Origin: Mytilus californianus
Taxonomy: Eukaryota
Assembly (NCBI RefSeq): GCF_021869535.1
Contig: NW_026262626.1
Location: forward strand, 10,726,001-10,790,000
Length of the DNA stretch: 64,000 nucleotides
Direction of reading: 5' to 3'
Position numbers and translations under genes: made by a program. A model generated the notes under the pieces. It worked only from the letters and a program-made list of their open reading frames with translations, was not told the DNA's origin and did not search any database. Positions 49,096 through 61,000 of this stretch are shown piece after piece (positions within the stretch are counted from its first letter, which is position 1; each line of letters opens with the position of its first letter).

Positions 49096-49500
49096 GAAAC
49101 AGGACTGACGGACTGACAGACTGACGGAATGACGTGATTTCTTTTAATTCATATTTCCAACAGTCAAAACGAAGAACAGCAATACAAACATTGTTCCCGT
49201 GAAATACTGAAAATTTCAGAAATTTTTGTTTGCATTTATTATTATGATTGTTCAAAAATCAACAAAAATGTGAGATTTTATTTAAGTGTCAATCTGCCTA
49301 AGAATCAGGCAGTGGTGTAAACATGACAAACAAAAAGCGGCTTAACTTTACATTAATTTATTAAGTTCCGAATGTTTAATGGTGCACTTGTTTCTTTTTC
49401 CTGTTCTGATATTTCAAGATATAATTTGGTTGAAATGCACTGGAAATTAAAAATTAAGGGGAGATAACGCTGTAATTTGCTATCATTCTAACCAAAAGAT

Positions 49501-49721
49501 TACTGTAAATTCACAAAGTATTTCGACATATTGCGTGCATTTATTATCGTCATTTTTGAAGAATGGACAAAAAAGCTATATTTATTTTTGAGATTTCAGA
49601 AAAATCTAAATACATATATATGTATCAGATATCAGAATGCGAGTTCTTATTATTACAATAATCAACCAGTCGCATTATTCGCATTAATAAAAACCTCGCA
49701 ATAATTTCTGAATTTACAGTA
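49501..49721. mobile_element. MITE, same family as 11803-12013
   Basis: Same right TIR and collinear interior. Confidence 0.8.
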
Positions 49722-50590
49722 TCTAGATATTTTTCGAATTACCAGACACACAGGAACGAAATAAATATATTTTAAAAGTTCAAATCCTTATGAATATGAG
49801 TACTAAGCTTTCAGTTATGTGATCCCATCTTCATGGTAAACTAACTTAACCAAGAATTATATACCGAAATGGAGGAACAGACAAATAAACATTTGCAGGA
49901 CATAAAAAAAAAATCAACAAAAACAAAGCAAAGGCACTTTTCCTGTGTGTTGTGATATATAATGCAGGGGTTGATTAAGTAATAACACAATTGTAAACAA
50001 ACCACACTTAATCTCTCAAAAAAAACTAAACATTCAAGCTTTGTGCAAAGTTTAGAAGAGTTCATGTACATCTGAGTGCAAATTTCACTTATTGGTCTCA
50101 GCAAGAAATTTGTAAATTCGTTTAAAGGAAAATCATTCAGTAGTCAAATTAACAAACAACTTTTAAGTGAAACTGCTCTATACAGAACCCTGCATGAACA
50201 AGAAAACTGTCTAGAGTGAATTACTATAGGAGAACATCAAGTAACATTGGCAGATCAAGGATTTTCAAAAAATGGGGTTTGAAAGTCAAAAATCAGAAAA
50301 AAGTACTAAAAAAAACCACACAATTTCAGCCCAAGGGGAACTGACCACCTTAGGGGCTTCACTCCTGACAAAATATATTGTAGTCATTTAACTGAGTAGT
50401 AAAATATTCAGTCCTAAAGAAATAGTTTAAACACATTTCACAGAATTTCTCATTTAAATAACACTGACATGACATTTAGACAAAGATAGCATAGACAAGT
50501 TTCTTTCTATAAAATTCAATGTTTTTGAAACTCTTTTTCAACTGAGACCAATATATAAGGTATGAATCCCAGATTTCTATGTAAAATTAT

Positions 50591-50670
50591 TGTCATTTAA
50601 TTGTACGTGGACTGGTCCAGACTCTAGAGATGTCATTTAATTGTAAATGGACTGGTCCATACTCTACAGA
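50591..50670. repeat. 40-bp tandem duplication spanning the MTRES1 stop codon
   Basis: TGTCATTTAATTGTA..TGGACTGGTCCA.ACTCTA.AGA x2 with 4 mismatches. Confidence 0.9.
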
Positions 50671-53600
50671 TAACTTTGCTATTCCCTTTCTTTGTTTTTT
50701 TTGCTTTTATTTTTAACACACGGACACGCTGCACAGTATTATGTCCTAACTTATGTCCCACTATTCTGTCTATATAATCTCCTATGGCAACCTAAAAAAA
50801 GATAAAAATTACAATGTAATTACAATTTCACAAATAAGGCCATAATAAAAAAATCCTATATCCTCATCAAACTTTTTTTTTAAATTGGGACAGGGGGACC
50901 TATTTATATGTATAAATGAAAGAAAATAGTAATAAAGCAAAATACATATTTTGGGTTATAATCAGGATTCTTTATTATTATAGCCTTACTTTTATTCTTA
51001 TACATAAGAAACTCTGGATTTTTCTATTTCCATAGGTACTGATTTTTTTAATTTTTTTAATTTTGATTTTGATATTCATGAGGTTATCTTGTTTTAATAT
51101 CAAAGCTGTACCTACAATCTTCATTACCTGGACATAAATGCAAGTTTTGATCTCAGGTCAATGTAGAATTATGTTAAATAATGTCATGTTCTGGTATACA
51201 TATGGAGTGAAAACCAAGCCTACACCATAACATTTCTATCCACCTTGGTGATAAAAAATAACTATAAATTAAACAGCATAAAAATTCGTAAGGGTTCCAC
51301 GGAACCCAGTGTCTTGCCTACTTTTTCTGTTAATCGCAGGCTCAACAAAAATCAGGAAGTAAATCAATAAAAATATTCCTCTTGATACTATCTTTTGATT
51401 GTAAGAATCTTCTGTTCAGTTTGGTAAAAATCCAGGATAGTTTATGAATCTAATAAATGTTTAAAAACTTTAACTGCAGACTGAATGTAATGTTAACTGG
51501 AAGAAAACAAAATGTCCTTCTAGATACAAGCATTTGATCATAAACAAGCTTCTGTCCAAGTTTGGTACAAATCCAATATAGTATAAGAAAGTTATTAAAA
51601 TTTTTAAAACTTTAACCACAGAGTGAATGTGTTGTTTCCTGGCAGAAAATCTAAGTCCATTTAAAAGTAAAATTAGGAAAAAATGGATTTATTTTTTTTA
51701 CAAAATTTACTTCTGGATACTATCTTATGATCATAAACAAGCTTCTGTCCAAGTTTGGTAGAAATCCAGGATAGTTTACGAAAGTTATTAAAATTTCAAA
51801 AACTTTAACCACAGAGTGAATATTTGTGGACGCCGCCGCTGACTACGACGTGGACGACGCCGACAGAATGTAGGATCGCTATGTCTCGCTTTTTCGACTA
51901 AAGTCGAAGGCTCAACAAAAATAAGGAGATGTGGTATGATTGCCAATGAGACAACCATCCACCAAAGTTAAAATGAAGTGGATGTAAGCAATTATAGGCA
52001 ACTGTATGTCCTTCAACAATGAGAAAAACATATACTGTATAGTCGGTTATAAAAGGCCATGAAATGAAAAATATGAAACAATTCAATTGATAAAAAACTA
52101 ATGGCCTAATTTATAACAAAACAATTTGCGAAAAAAAAAAGTTGACAGACATGAACCAGCGACAACCACAGAACTACATGCTCCTGACTTGTGACAGGCA
52201 CATACAGAATGTGGCAGGGTTAAACTAGTTTGGTGGAGCTAAACCCTCCCCCTAACCTTGGACATTGGTGTCACAGTACAACATAAGAACAAACTATAAA
52301 AATCAGTTGAAAAGGGCTTAACTCATCAGATCGATAAAAGCAGAAAACATCTAACAAAAACACAGACCGGACATAGCAGCATATCTATACATCCCAAAAC
52401 AACAAAAACACACCATTAAAGTAAAGATCTGAGAGTACTCAAAGTTACTGACAGCTAGATCAAAGCCAATAACAACTAATAGAATAAACTGTTGACACAT
52501 AGATATGTCTCGCCTGTCCGCATAAAATTCAGAAAAAGACAATCTGATGGGCAGCAACATTGCTTATTAATTCAAAGTCGCTGGACCATGATCTTGACAA
52601 ACTCAGATGTGCTGATAGTAATGCAACTTTATACAAAATATCATTGATCTGTCACAACTGACTTAAGGATGTATTCTTCTGATGCTTCAGTCTCGTTGAA
52701 ATCTCGTTCTGGAATTATTTCCAAAACATGTGATACAAGTGGAAAATATCAATGAATTTAAAAAATGTTATAATCAAACTTAACTCTATGAAAAAATTGT
52801 GTATTTACAATAAGTAGTTTTTGAGTAATAAATTTTTTAAATTTTATTACCAATCAAGTCATTCTTTTTAGCCCAAATTTTGATAAAATGGGTGAGGGGT
52901 ACAAGAAATGATTTTACCAGAAATATGTACATCCCATATCACTTTTTTCTTTTCAAATTTCTTAGATATGTATTTTTTCAATCATTTATAACAAAGAAGT
53001 TGAAATAATACGCGTTTTGTTCTTAAAATAGAGAAAAATCACAAATTAACAAAATTGACAACATGGTAAATTTGACACGAAAAAGCATCAAAATATGACA
53101 AAACTTATTAACACCTACCTATAGTTTTTTAAGTTAAATTTATTCAGATTGGTCCACTTCATCTTTATTGAAAGTATGAAAAAAAGTTTAATTGTGGAAC
53201 TGTGATTTTTTTCACGATAATAGCCCAAAAATGGGTAAAAATTGATGAAAAATGAGAAAATCATCAAAATTGGGTACTTTCAAAGGACCCTAGCAAAAAA
53301 AGAAGTGCACCACCATATGAATTTTTCTTCATCAATTATTTTTTTACAGTCATATAATCCCAAAAATCAGGTTAAGAAAAAAAGTTTAATTCTAGAATTT
53401 TTTGGCTCCTCAGAGGTGTACATCCTTAAGCAGAAAACTTAACATTGAAAATTGTTAATTAATTCAAAGTCACTGGACCATGACCTAGGGGGCATGGCCT
53501 CAAAATAGTCGTCAAACAGATATGTACTGATAGTAATACAACTTCATACAGAATATCATTGATCTATCACAAGTAGAAAAAAAATTAGTAGATCCTATCA

Positions 53601-56600
53601 AACTAACTCAAGCAGAAAACTTACCATTGAAAATTGCTTATTAATTCAAAGTCAATTGGAGCATGACCTAGGGGGCATGGCCTCAAAATAGTCATCAAAC
53701 AGATATGTACTGATAGTAATGCAACTTCATACAGAATATCATTGATCTATCACAGGTAGAAAAAAATTAGTAGATCCTATCAAACTAACTCTAGCAGAAA
53801 ACTTACCATTGAAAATTGCTTATTAATTCAAAGTCAATTGGAGCATGTCCTAGGGGCCAGGACCTCAAAATAGTTGTCAAACTGATATGTACTGATAGTA
53901 ATGCAACTTCATACAAAATATCATTGATCTATCACAAGTAGATCCTATCAAAATAACTAAAGCAGAAAACTTAACAATGAAAATTGCTTATTAATTCAAA
54001 GTTACTGGATCATGACTTAGGGGCTGGGCCTCAAAATAGTCGTCAAACTGATATGTACTGATAGTAATGCAACTTTATATTAAATATCAATGATTTATCA
54101 CAAGTAGTTCCTATCAAACTAACTTAAGAAGAAAACTTAACAATTGTTGACGCCACCGCCATTGAAAGAAAAAATCCCTATGTCTCGCTTTCCACGACCT
54201 TCGTAGCAGGCGAGACAAAAATCATTAATCTAAGACTAAAATATCAATCAGTACACATCCAACATCCAATGTCACAACACAACAGTCAATATCTATCCCC
54301 TTGGTTTGTAATTAATTGTAGTGGATTTATTATTTTTGTTGGAACCAATTTTTTATGGATCTTGCAGGTGTATGTGAACCACAAATTTAAATTTTCAATG
54401 CTATAAGCTTGCATGCAGACTTTGGCAAAATCACTAAATCAAATATCTAGGACAAGTGGTATTAGGGAAAATAAATGAATCAGCTGCAACACTGGTTCTA
54501 ACAATAAGTCAGTTTACCTACCTTTGAACTTTTATTTTTGAAAACTTCTCCGTTTACTCTTAATTTCTTAGTGTAAAACTCCTCATCCATTTTCCTATCA
54601 ACAGAATTGATAAATTGTAAGTAAATTAAAGGTATAATTTGAGATGTCATATAACTGGTAAATCCCTTCAAGTAAGAATGAGCCCATCAAAAAATCAAAT
54701 GTTAAGGATGTAGTTAGGTGAAATTAAAAAAAACCTAGAACTTAAAATTGGTACTACAAGTCAGAAGAGCATTAGTAAAGGAACAAAATATGCTAAAAAT
54801 ATTGATAGGTTATGAAACTCCTTTTTGAGATATTTGATTTTTAAAAATATGACGGGAAAAGGCTAACTCAGACTATTATCTTACATTTAGCATTGACATT
54901 ATTTGGGTCTCAAATCGTACGAAAGAAATCAAGAATCTGCTTGAATTTTGGTAATGACTTTTTTATGAGCTATTGATGTCTTCTATGAAAAGAAAAGTGG
55001 GTGATATGGGGCAAAATATTTTACCCTGTATTGTAGGAAAAAATCCCAGGAGTCTAAACATCTGACAAAAATTCCTAACCTGACCTGACTACATAATAAA
55101 ACTTTCAAAACCTAATTGTTTACTTCAATATAATATAATTACTCTATGTTAATGCCAAAATTTATTTTGAAAATCACAAACCACATGTTCTTGAAAAATA
55201 ATGAAAATAAAGCTCAGCTCCATCCTATGTGACCTGCTAGGATGAGGGATATATGCGGTAAAAAAATTGGGGATATGGGATATAAAGGGTAAAAAAAAAG
55301 GTGGAGATGTGGATTATAGGGGGTAAAAAAGAGTGGTATCTGGGGAAAATAAGGGGGATAATTGGAAGTGGTAAAAATTACAAAAAAAAAAGGATTTGGA
55401 AATGCGCACCCCTTGTCCCTGTCTCCTACATCTGCCAAAGATGTTGGAGGGAACTTCTGTGAAAAGGGGTTGTTGCTAATAATCTTCTATTACAGCATGG
55501 AATTACTAAGATACAAGAAAAAGAAAATCAACAAAAAAATTATGAAAAATTGTATTGAGTATTGATGATATAATTGCTGAGGCTAATTGAGTTATCTCCC
55601 ATGTTAAGTAGTTTACATTCTTAAACCATTCAATCCTGAGATTCTAGTGGGGCATTTTTTCAAATTTTAGTCACAAAGAGTAATGAGCTGTAGTAAGATA
55701 ACACAATATAAACGAAAGCTGTGTCAAATATTTACGTTCTACTTTCTCCCAAAGATTTGGCTAACAAAGCATCAACCCTCATGGCTGACACTACAACCTC
55801 TTTCTCTACAAATTCAGTTGTTGCTACTTCATCCTCTTCATATAACTCAAATTCTTCATCTGACTGAAAAAAAAATAGTAAACATGTAAAAAGTATTTCA
55901 ATCTTTAATTCAAATGTTTAAGTTGTTCTTCAATAATTCTTTAATAATATATGATCTTCTATGTAATTTATTACCAGATTACCGGTACCCTTCTGGAGCA
56001 GCTGCACCTATGTTACCTATCCATTTTTGGTTGGGATTCAAGTTGATACCAGTATATACATAGTTAGCTCAATCTAGACAAAGTTCAATTTCTGTATAGT
56101 TTTATGGACTGCTTTTTGTTGTTGTCTTTTTGTCCATTTTTTCTTTAGACTTTTTGTTTTTTTTCATTTGGATGTGATCAGTGGGGGTGTTTACAAGTCT
56201 CTCTTCCTTCCACTTATAATTTTTATTGTTCCATTGATATCTTTTCTGGTTGAATATAATCTTCTTAAGCAAATGCCTTTCAAAATAAATTGGAACCTTA
56301 TTATTTATAATTCACCAGGGAACTATAAATGTCGATTTTTGTCAGTTCTATTGTCCCATTGAACATGTTGCTAAAGTTAAAGCACATGCATTTAAAGCTC
56401 TTGTCCGACCAAAACTAGAGTACTGCTCAACTATTTGGGATCCACATCAAAAACAGCAAATTTCACAAATTGAAAAAGTTCAGAGAAGAGCAGCGCGCTT
56501 CTCATGCAACCGCTTCCATAACACCAGCTCAGTTACTGAAATGATGACAGACTTAAATTGGTACCCACTTGAAATTAGGCGTTTACGATACAGACTTGTA

Positions 56601-57706
56601 TTCTTCTACAAAATTATACACGAAATTGTTGCAGTCCCTACATATAACCTTTTTATCCCACTAGACAATAGAACTAGACATAGCAATCCACACTCATTTA
56701 GGCAAATACAAACATCTGAAGACAGTTATAAATATTCATTTTATCCACGAACAGTTATAAATTGGAATCATCTGCCACAACAAATAGTATCATGCAGTAC
56801 AGTACAGGGATTCAAGAGTATGATCTCAGAATCTGCTCTCATCCCCATTTTCTATCCCTAACTATTTTGTTATCAAATGTATATAGTTTTATCTAAATGA
56901 AATTTTTTCAAATGTACATACATTATTTTGATATTTTGATTTTGTTTTTTTAATTTTTCTTGCTACAATGTAAATTATAAAATTTTATAGTCGATGCCCG
57001 GCGAATAATCTTCAATAATTGAAGGATCGCTAGAAACTTAAAGAAGAAGAATACAATATGTGACTTGAAGATATTTGCTTTCAGACGTCCTTTTTTCCAG
57101 GAAAAAGTAACGTGTTCGATTGAGTAAAACAGGCACAGTTTGCATTGTCAATAATACTGATATTAGACCCAAAGAATAGAACTTTTGGTAAAAAAGAGGG
57201 ACATTCAGGTTTTTAACGGCTTCAGGGGGTATCGTCTCTTGAACAGGACCGACTTTTATATAATAGACGACTTTCGAATTCATGGACTTTCTAGAAAATT
57301 TTCTGTTTTGCAATGCTTGTGTAATTATGTTACAGCTATAGTAAGAACCTATTGTTTGATGCTGTTGTTTACACTTTTTATATTTGGTACAAACCTCTTC
57401 TTCCAAGTCTTCGTTGTCATCAGTCTCTGAATCTGAATTGTCTGCTTGTTCAATCTTTTTTCTCTTTTTTTGCAAGTTATCAGTAGTACTAAAATGTCTT
57501 TCCACTGTTGGACAACACAGTGTTACTAAGTTTGAATAGCTATAGGTGTCTTGAGATTTCTTTTCAGCTGAAATTCCTTGAAGTTTCTTGAAACAACAAT
57601 AAGAAAGTGTTGATCTTTGACATAAATTATATGTGAAATTCTTTGACACTACAGATGGTAATGAGTATCGACTGACTATTCGAAATATTTTAGAAAAGTT
57701 CAACAT
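50633..57706 (-). CDS. MTRES1: Mitochondrial transcription rescue factor 1-like (C6orf203), 223 aa. Exons (minus): 57706-57395, 55863-55736, 54594-54522, 50791-50633
   Basis: Basic, Ser-rich N-terminus resembling a mitochondrial presequence, an acidic linker, then an S4-like domain: VSAMRVDALLAKSLGESRTKMDEEFYTKKLRVNGE...VAIGDYID...QRVRVLKI...KVICRVW. This parallels human SFRYDVVLKTGLDIGRNKVEDAFYKGELRLN...VKVGDTLD...MRILLKK...RVVLRRW as recalled. All introns are GT-AG and in phase. Confidence 0.9.
51285..51920 (+). mobile_element. HINE-like element with degenerate central repeats
   Basis: Repeated AAGCTTCTGTCCAAGTTTGGTA units, a GACGCC-rich stretch, and the 3' hairpin TTCGACTAAAGTCGAA followed by an A-run. 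Confidence 0.7.
52488..54221 (+). mobile_element. HINE-like element with 165-182 bp units, containing the nested TTAA element
   Basis: 5' ATGTCTCGCC and 3' ATGTCTCGC...GCGAGACAAAAA; units CAGAAAACTTA..ATTGAAAATTGCTTATTAATTCAAAGT at about 53431, 53613, 53795 and 53963. Confidence 0.8.
52667..53425. mobile_element. TTAA-flanked (Kolobok-like) element nested in a HINE array
   Basis: TTAA|GGATGTATTCTTCTGA...TCAGAGGTGTACATCC|TTAA. The host array unit resumes exactly after the right TTAA. Confidence 0.8.
54706..55095. mobile_element. Further Kolobok-like element with a degenerate right end
   Basis: TTAA|GGATGTAGTTAGG at the left and CCTGACTACAT at the right; the right TSD is not intact. Confidence 0.5.
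55230..55425. repeat. Purine-rich GGGGTAAAAAAAGTGGGA-type repeat family
   Basis: A related copy lies at about 59750-59925, both ending GGAAAT..GCACCCC. Confidence 0.6.
56373..57051 (+). mobile_element. 5'-truncated CR1/L2-group LINE with (GAA)n tail, antisense inside MTRES1 intron 1
   Basis: Open frame KALVRPKLEYCSTIWDPHQ...IEKVQRRAARF...LNWYPLEIRR...SFYPRTVINWNHLP, typical of the post-RT LINE region. It ends in aagaagaagaa. Confidence 0.9.
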
Positions 57707-58013
57707 GGTTTCACTTAAAATGGGGATGTTTATGGCACGGGAAGAGAAACAAAAAAATCATGGTGCGCTGTGTAAAAATATAATCATACATACAGTAAAA
57801 CTCTGGAATAGGGTGATATTCAATTACTTTTTATTAATCTTGTGATATACCTGATTATACTAGAAAATTCAATTAAAAAAATGTATCTACTATTCTAAAA
57901 AAAAAATATATACCAAACGACAACTCGGAAACGCTTTTCAACTTTTAGGTGGACTTTTCTGACGTGCTAATTATTAAACTGTAAAAATTTGGCGGGAAAG
58001 GTTGAACACCGCA
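57707..58013. promoter_or_regulatory. Bidirectional promoter region shared by MTRES1 and Mis18
   Basis: Divergent ATGs only 307 bp apart, with locally raised CpG content near 57915-58012. Confidence 0.65.
57988..57999. promoter_or_regulatory. E2F-type site TTTGGCGGGAAA
   Basis: Matches the canonical E2F consensus and lies 14 bp upstream of the Mis18 ATG, a cell-cycle gene. Confidence 0.5.
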
Positions 58014-61000
58014 ATGTCCAATGGTGTAGATAGCCTAGAAAATGCACCCAGCATAGATGAAAACCCAACAGAAGAAAATCCCAATGGCAATGAGACTCTA
58101 GTTTTGCAATGTTCACAATGTAGTTCAATTGTTGGGGATACAACCGCTTGGGCTTTTGCTGATGATGTATTGAGGACTGTCAGTTTGAAAAGTATGTCCA
58201 AATTTCGTGCTTAATATTGATATAATTATCCTGGGATCTTGATTACCTATGACGATACAGCCCATGCACAGTCAATCATATTCCAACTTAATTTAAATTT
58301 ATGTGGTATCCTCTCACGAACACATGATTAATCTCTCGTTTCATTTGTTAAAAACACAAGATGCAAATATGCACCTTGACCTATAATGGTTTACTTTTAT
58401 AAATTGTAACTTGGATGGAGAGTTGTCTCATTGGCACTCATACCACATCTTCCTATATCTATATCCCATCTTTCAGCACTCAAATTGTCTTTTTCATCCA
58501 TTGTATTGCTTTTCTTTTGTGTACATGTTTATCATGTATATGTAACATCAAAAGGATATACCATATTGACTCTGTCAGCTGAAAATGAAAATTCACAGCA
58601 GCATTAATGACTGGCAAACATAACAATAATTTCACATTATGAAGTATAATGTATGTCCAAAAGAAATCGGAGGAATAGCTCAACACACTTTCAAGGGTTC
58701 ATGATTTGAGTATGCAATTATTGTGCAGGTAATTTTGCCACAGATGAGGCAAATCATTTTGAAACAGAATATCATATTTGTATTCATCTTCCATCCTTTG
58801 ATTTGATAAAACTATAAAAATAAAAAGATGTGGTATAATTGCCAATGAGACAACTCTCAACCAGAAACCAAATGACTTGGGAATTAACAACTATAGATCA
58901 CCATACGACCTTCAACAATAAGCAAAACCCTTTCACTTTCTTACATGTCTTTTCACCAACTCGAAACACTTTTTATCTTGAAACAATGAACTTAATACTT
59001 GTACCTCCTGTACTTTTATGGTGTTGCAGTATGAAATCTGTTCTGAAGTGCAGCTACTGATATTACAGTGGAGGTATTTTGAAATCAGCAGATAAATTAC
59101 TTTGAGCTTGCATTCAGTAATTGCGAGCTTCCCGAAACATGATATCGTCTATTATTGTTTTGTTGTTTGTACTTGGTTTTATGCACATGTACAAATATTT
59201 TTGATATTTAGATTTACTATATGAGAGTATTTTTTTTATTATCATTTTACAGATGCATCTGAAAAAGTTTTGATTACAGAAGTCTTGGAAACATCAAAGA
59301 ATGGCACAGATTTCGGCAGGTATAGTGATATTGTCGAAGGAGGGAAGTAAATACTAGCTGTTAACATTTACCTTTTCTATTACCATGATTACAGAGTTAA
59401 GAACTGAGACAATAGGACAAATAATCAATAATTTTGAAATGAAAAAACATTTTGCACTCATGGTTCAGCTGATTGTTAAGATGTTAAATTTTGATATTTG
59501 AATTTGTATTTAATTTTAACTATCTATTTTTAGTGCCTTTAATGTGCTGAAATGTGAAGTATGTAATGAAGAGATTGGTCGAATGTACAGGACAACACCA
59601 ACTCAGCTGGATCATTTACGTGGCCTCTTCTCACTGTTTATCGATAAACTTACCAGGTGACAATGCACTTTCATTTAATATTAAAAAATAATCAGAATTT
59701 AATCCACATTCTCTAAAAAATTTACAATGAAGAGGGGATTGAAATGCTTTTAGGATGTGGGATTAGGGGTAGTAAAAAAATAGTGTGTGGGATATAGGGG
59801 TAAAAAAGTGGGGATGTGGGATATAAGGGGTTAAAAAGTGGGATCTGGGAAAAAGGATTAAAAGTGAGAAATGGAAATAAATTTCAAAAAGGCGGGATTT
59901 GGGAAATGAGCACCCCATATCATCCACCTCAATTAACAATATCAATAGATGTGATTCCTTTACATGACAAATTGATGAGTTATTTAATACTCTAGTAGAA
60001 TATTGCAAAAAATGGAACCCACCTAAAATGTTCGATTTTATTATTGTACAATGGGATCTTTTTTTTTTTTTACATATAAAAAAGGCAAAGCACTTTTTGG
60101 GAATAAACAATAGTGAAAAGCCCCAGAACATTGATTACATAGAATGTTCTAAGTCTTGTTACTTTGAACTAATGGCTGGAAGAGCCTAAAGTGGTAAGAT
60201 TGGTACAAATAGCACAGAAATTCTTTTGAAGAACTTAAATATTCAACTACTTTATTTGTGATGTGGTTATAACCTTGTCAAGAGTCCATCTTCTATGGAA
60301 CTGTTTTATTATTTTTTATTTCATCATATTTTCTGGTGGGTTTGAACCCAACCCTACTGAAAAATTTTCGATTTTAATACGATCTTGAGAGGTGAACATT
60401 GACCGAACTGTGTTTCTTTGTCATTCAAGTATTACCTGAAATTACAGCAGTCCATCCATACTGACTGGAAGTAAATGTGACTTGAGTGTCTTGCTGGGGA
60501 ATTATTATTGGCAAGCCAGGTCTGCTTAAATGTCAATTTTTACAGATTTCTGACAAAACGGTGACCTAGATTTTACAGACCAGATTTCTTTTGGCCATAT
60601 TATACCTCCTTGTGTTCCTGTACCACCTATGCATGTATTTATGATAATAGTTAATACCTACAGCCCATACCAGTAATGTAGTGGAAATCAAGACTCCCAC
60701 CCCCACCTGATTTTGGCTATTTTTCATGTTTTTCTGATTTTGAACTCTAAAAAGGCCATTAAAGTTGCCATATTTTCATAAATACACATCTGAGAAGAGT
60801 TTATGGACTATGAATTGCATGGTTGAAGTCCCTGCTGTCAAGACAGTTCAGCTGGGGCAGTTCTAAAAAAAGTATGGAGGGTCATACAGGCCATCAAAGA
60901 ATGGTGGTCGCCATCATGACTACGGGTGGGATTTAGGGCGAATGGGTTAAGGTACCGTAGTACTCCATTTAAAGATCTCAATGAAGGCAAAATGGTTTCC

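Noticed and set aside
48030-49255. Several long ORFs with 56-aa periodicity
   Set aside because: They are translations of the 168-bp tandem repeat in multiple frames, with no splice context or protein-like composition.
52300-52345. Hammerhead ribozyme (CTGATGAG on the minus strand) or retrozyme
   Set aside because: No downstream stem II plus GAAA core could be built by eye. Other CTGATGA hits (about 7668, 18045, 20705) also lack it. An Infernal scan would be definitive.
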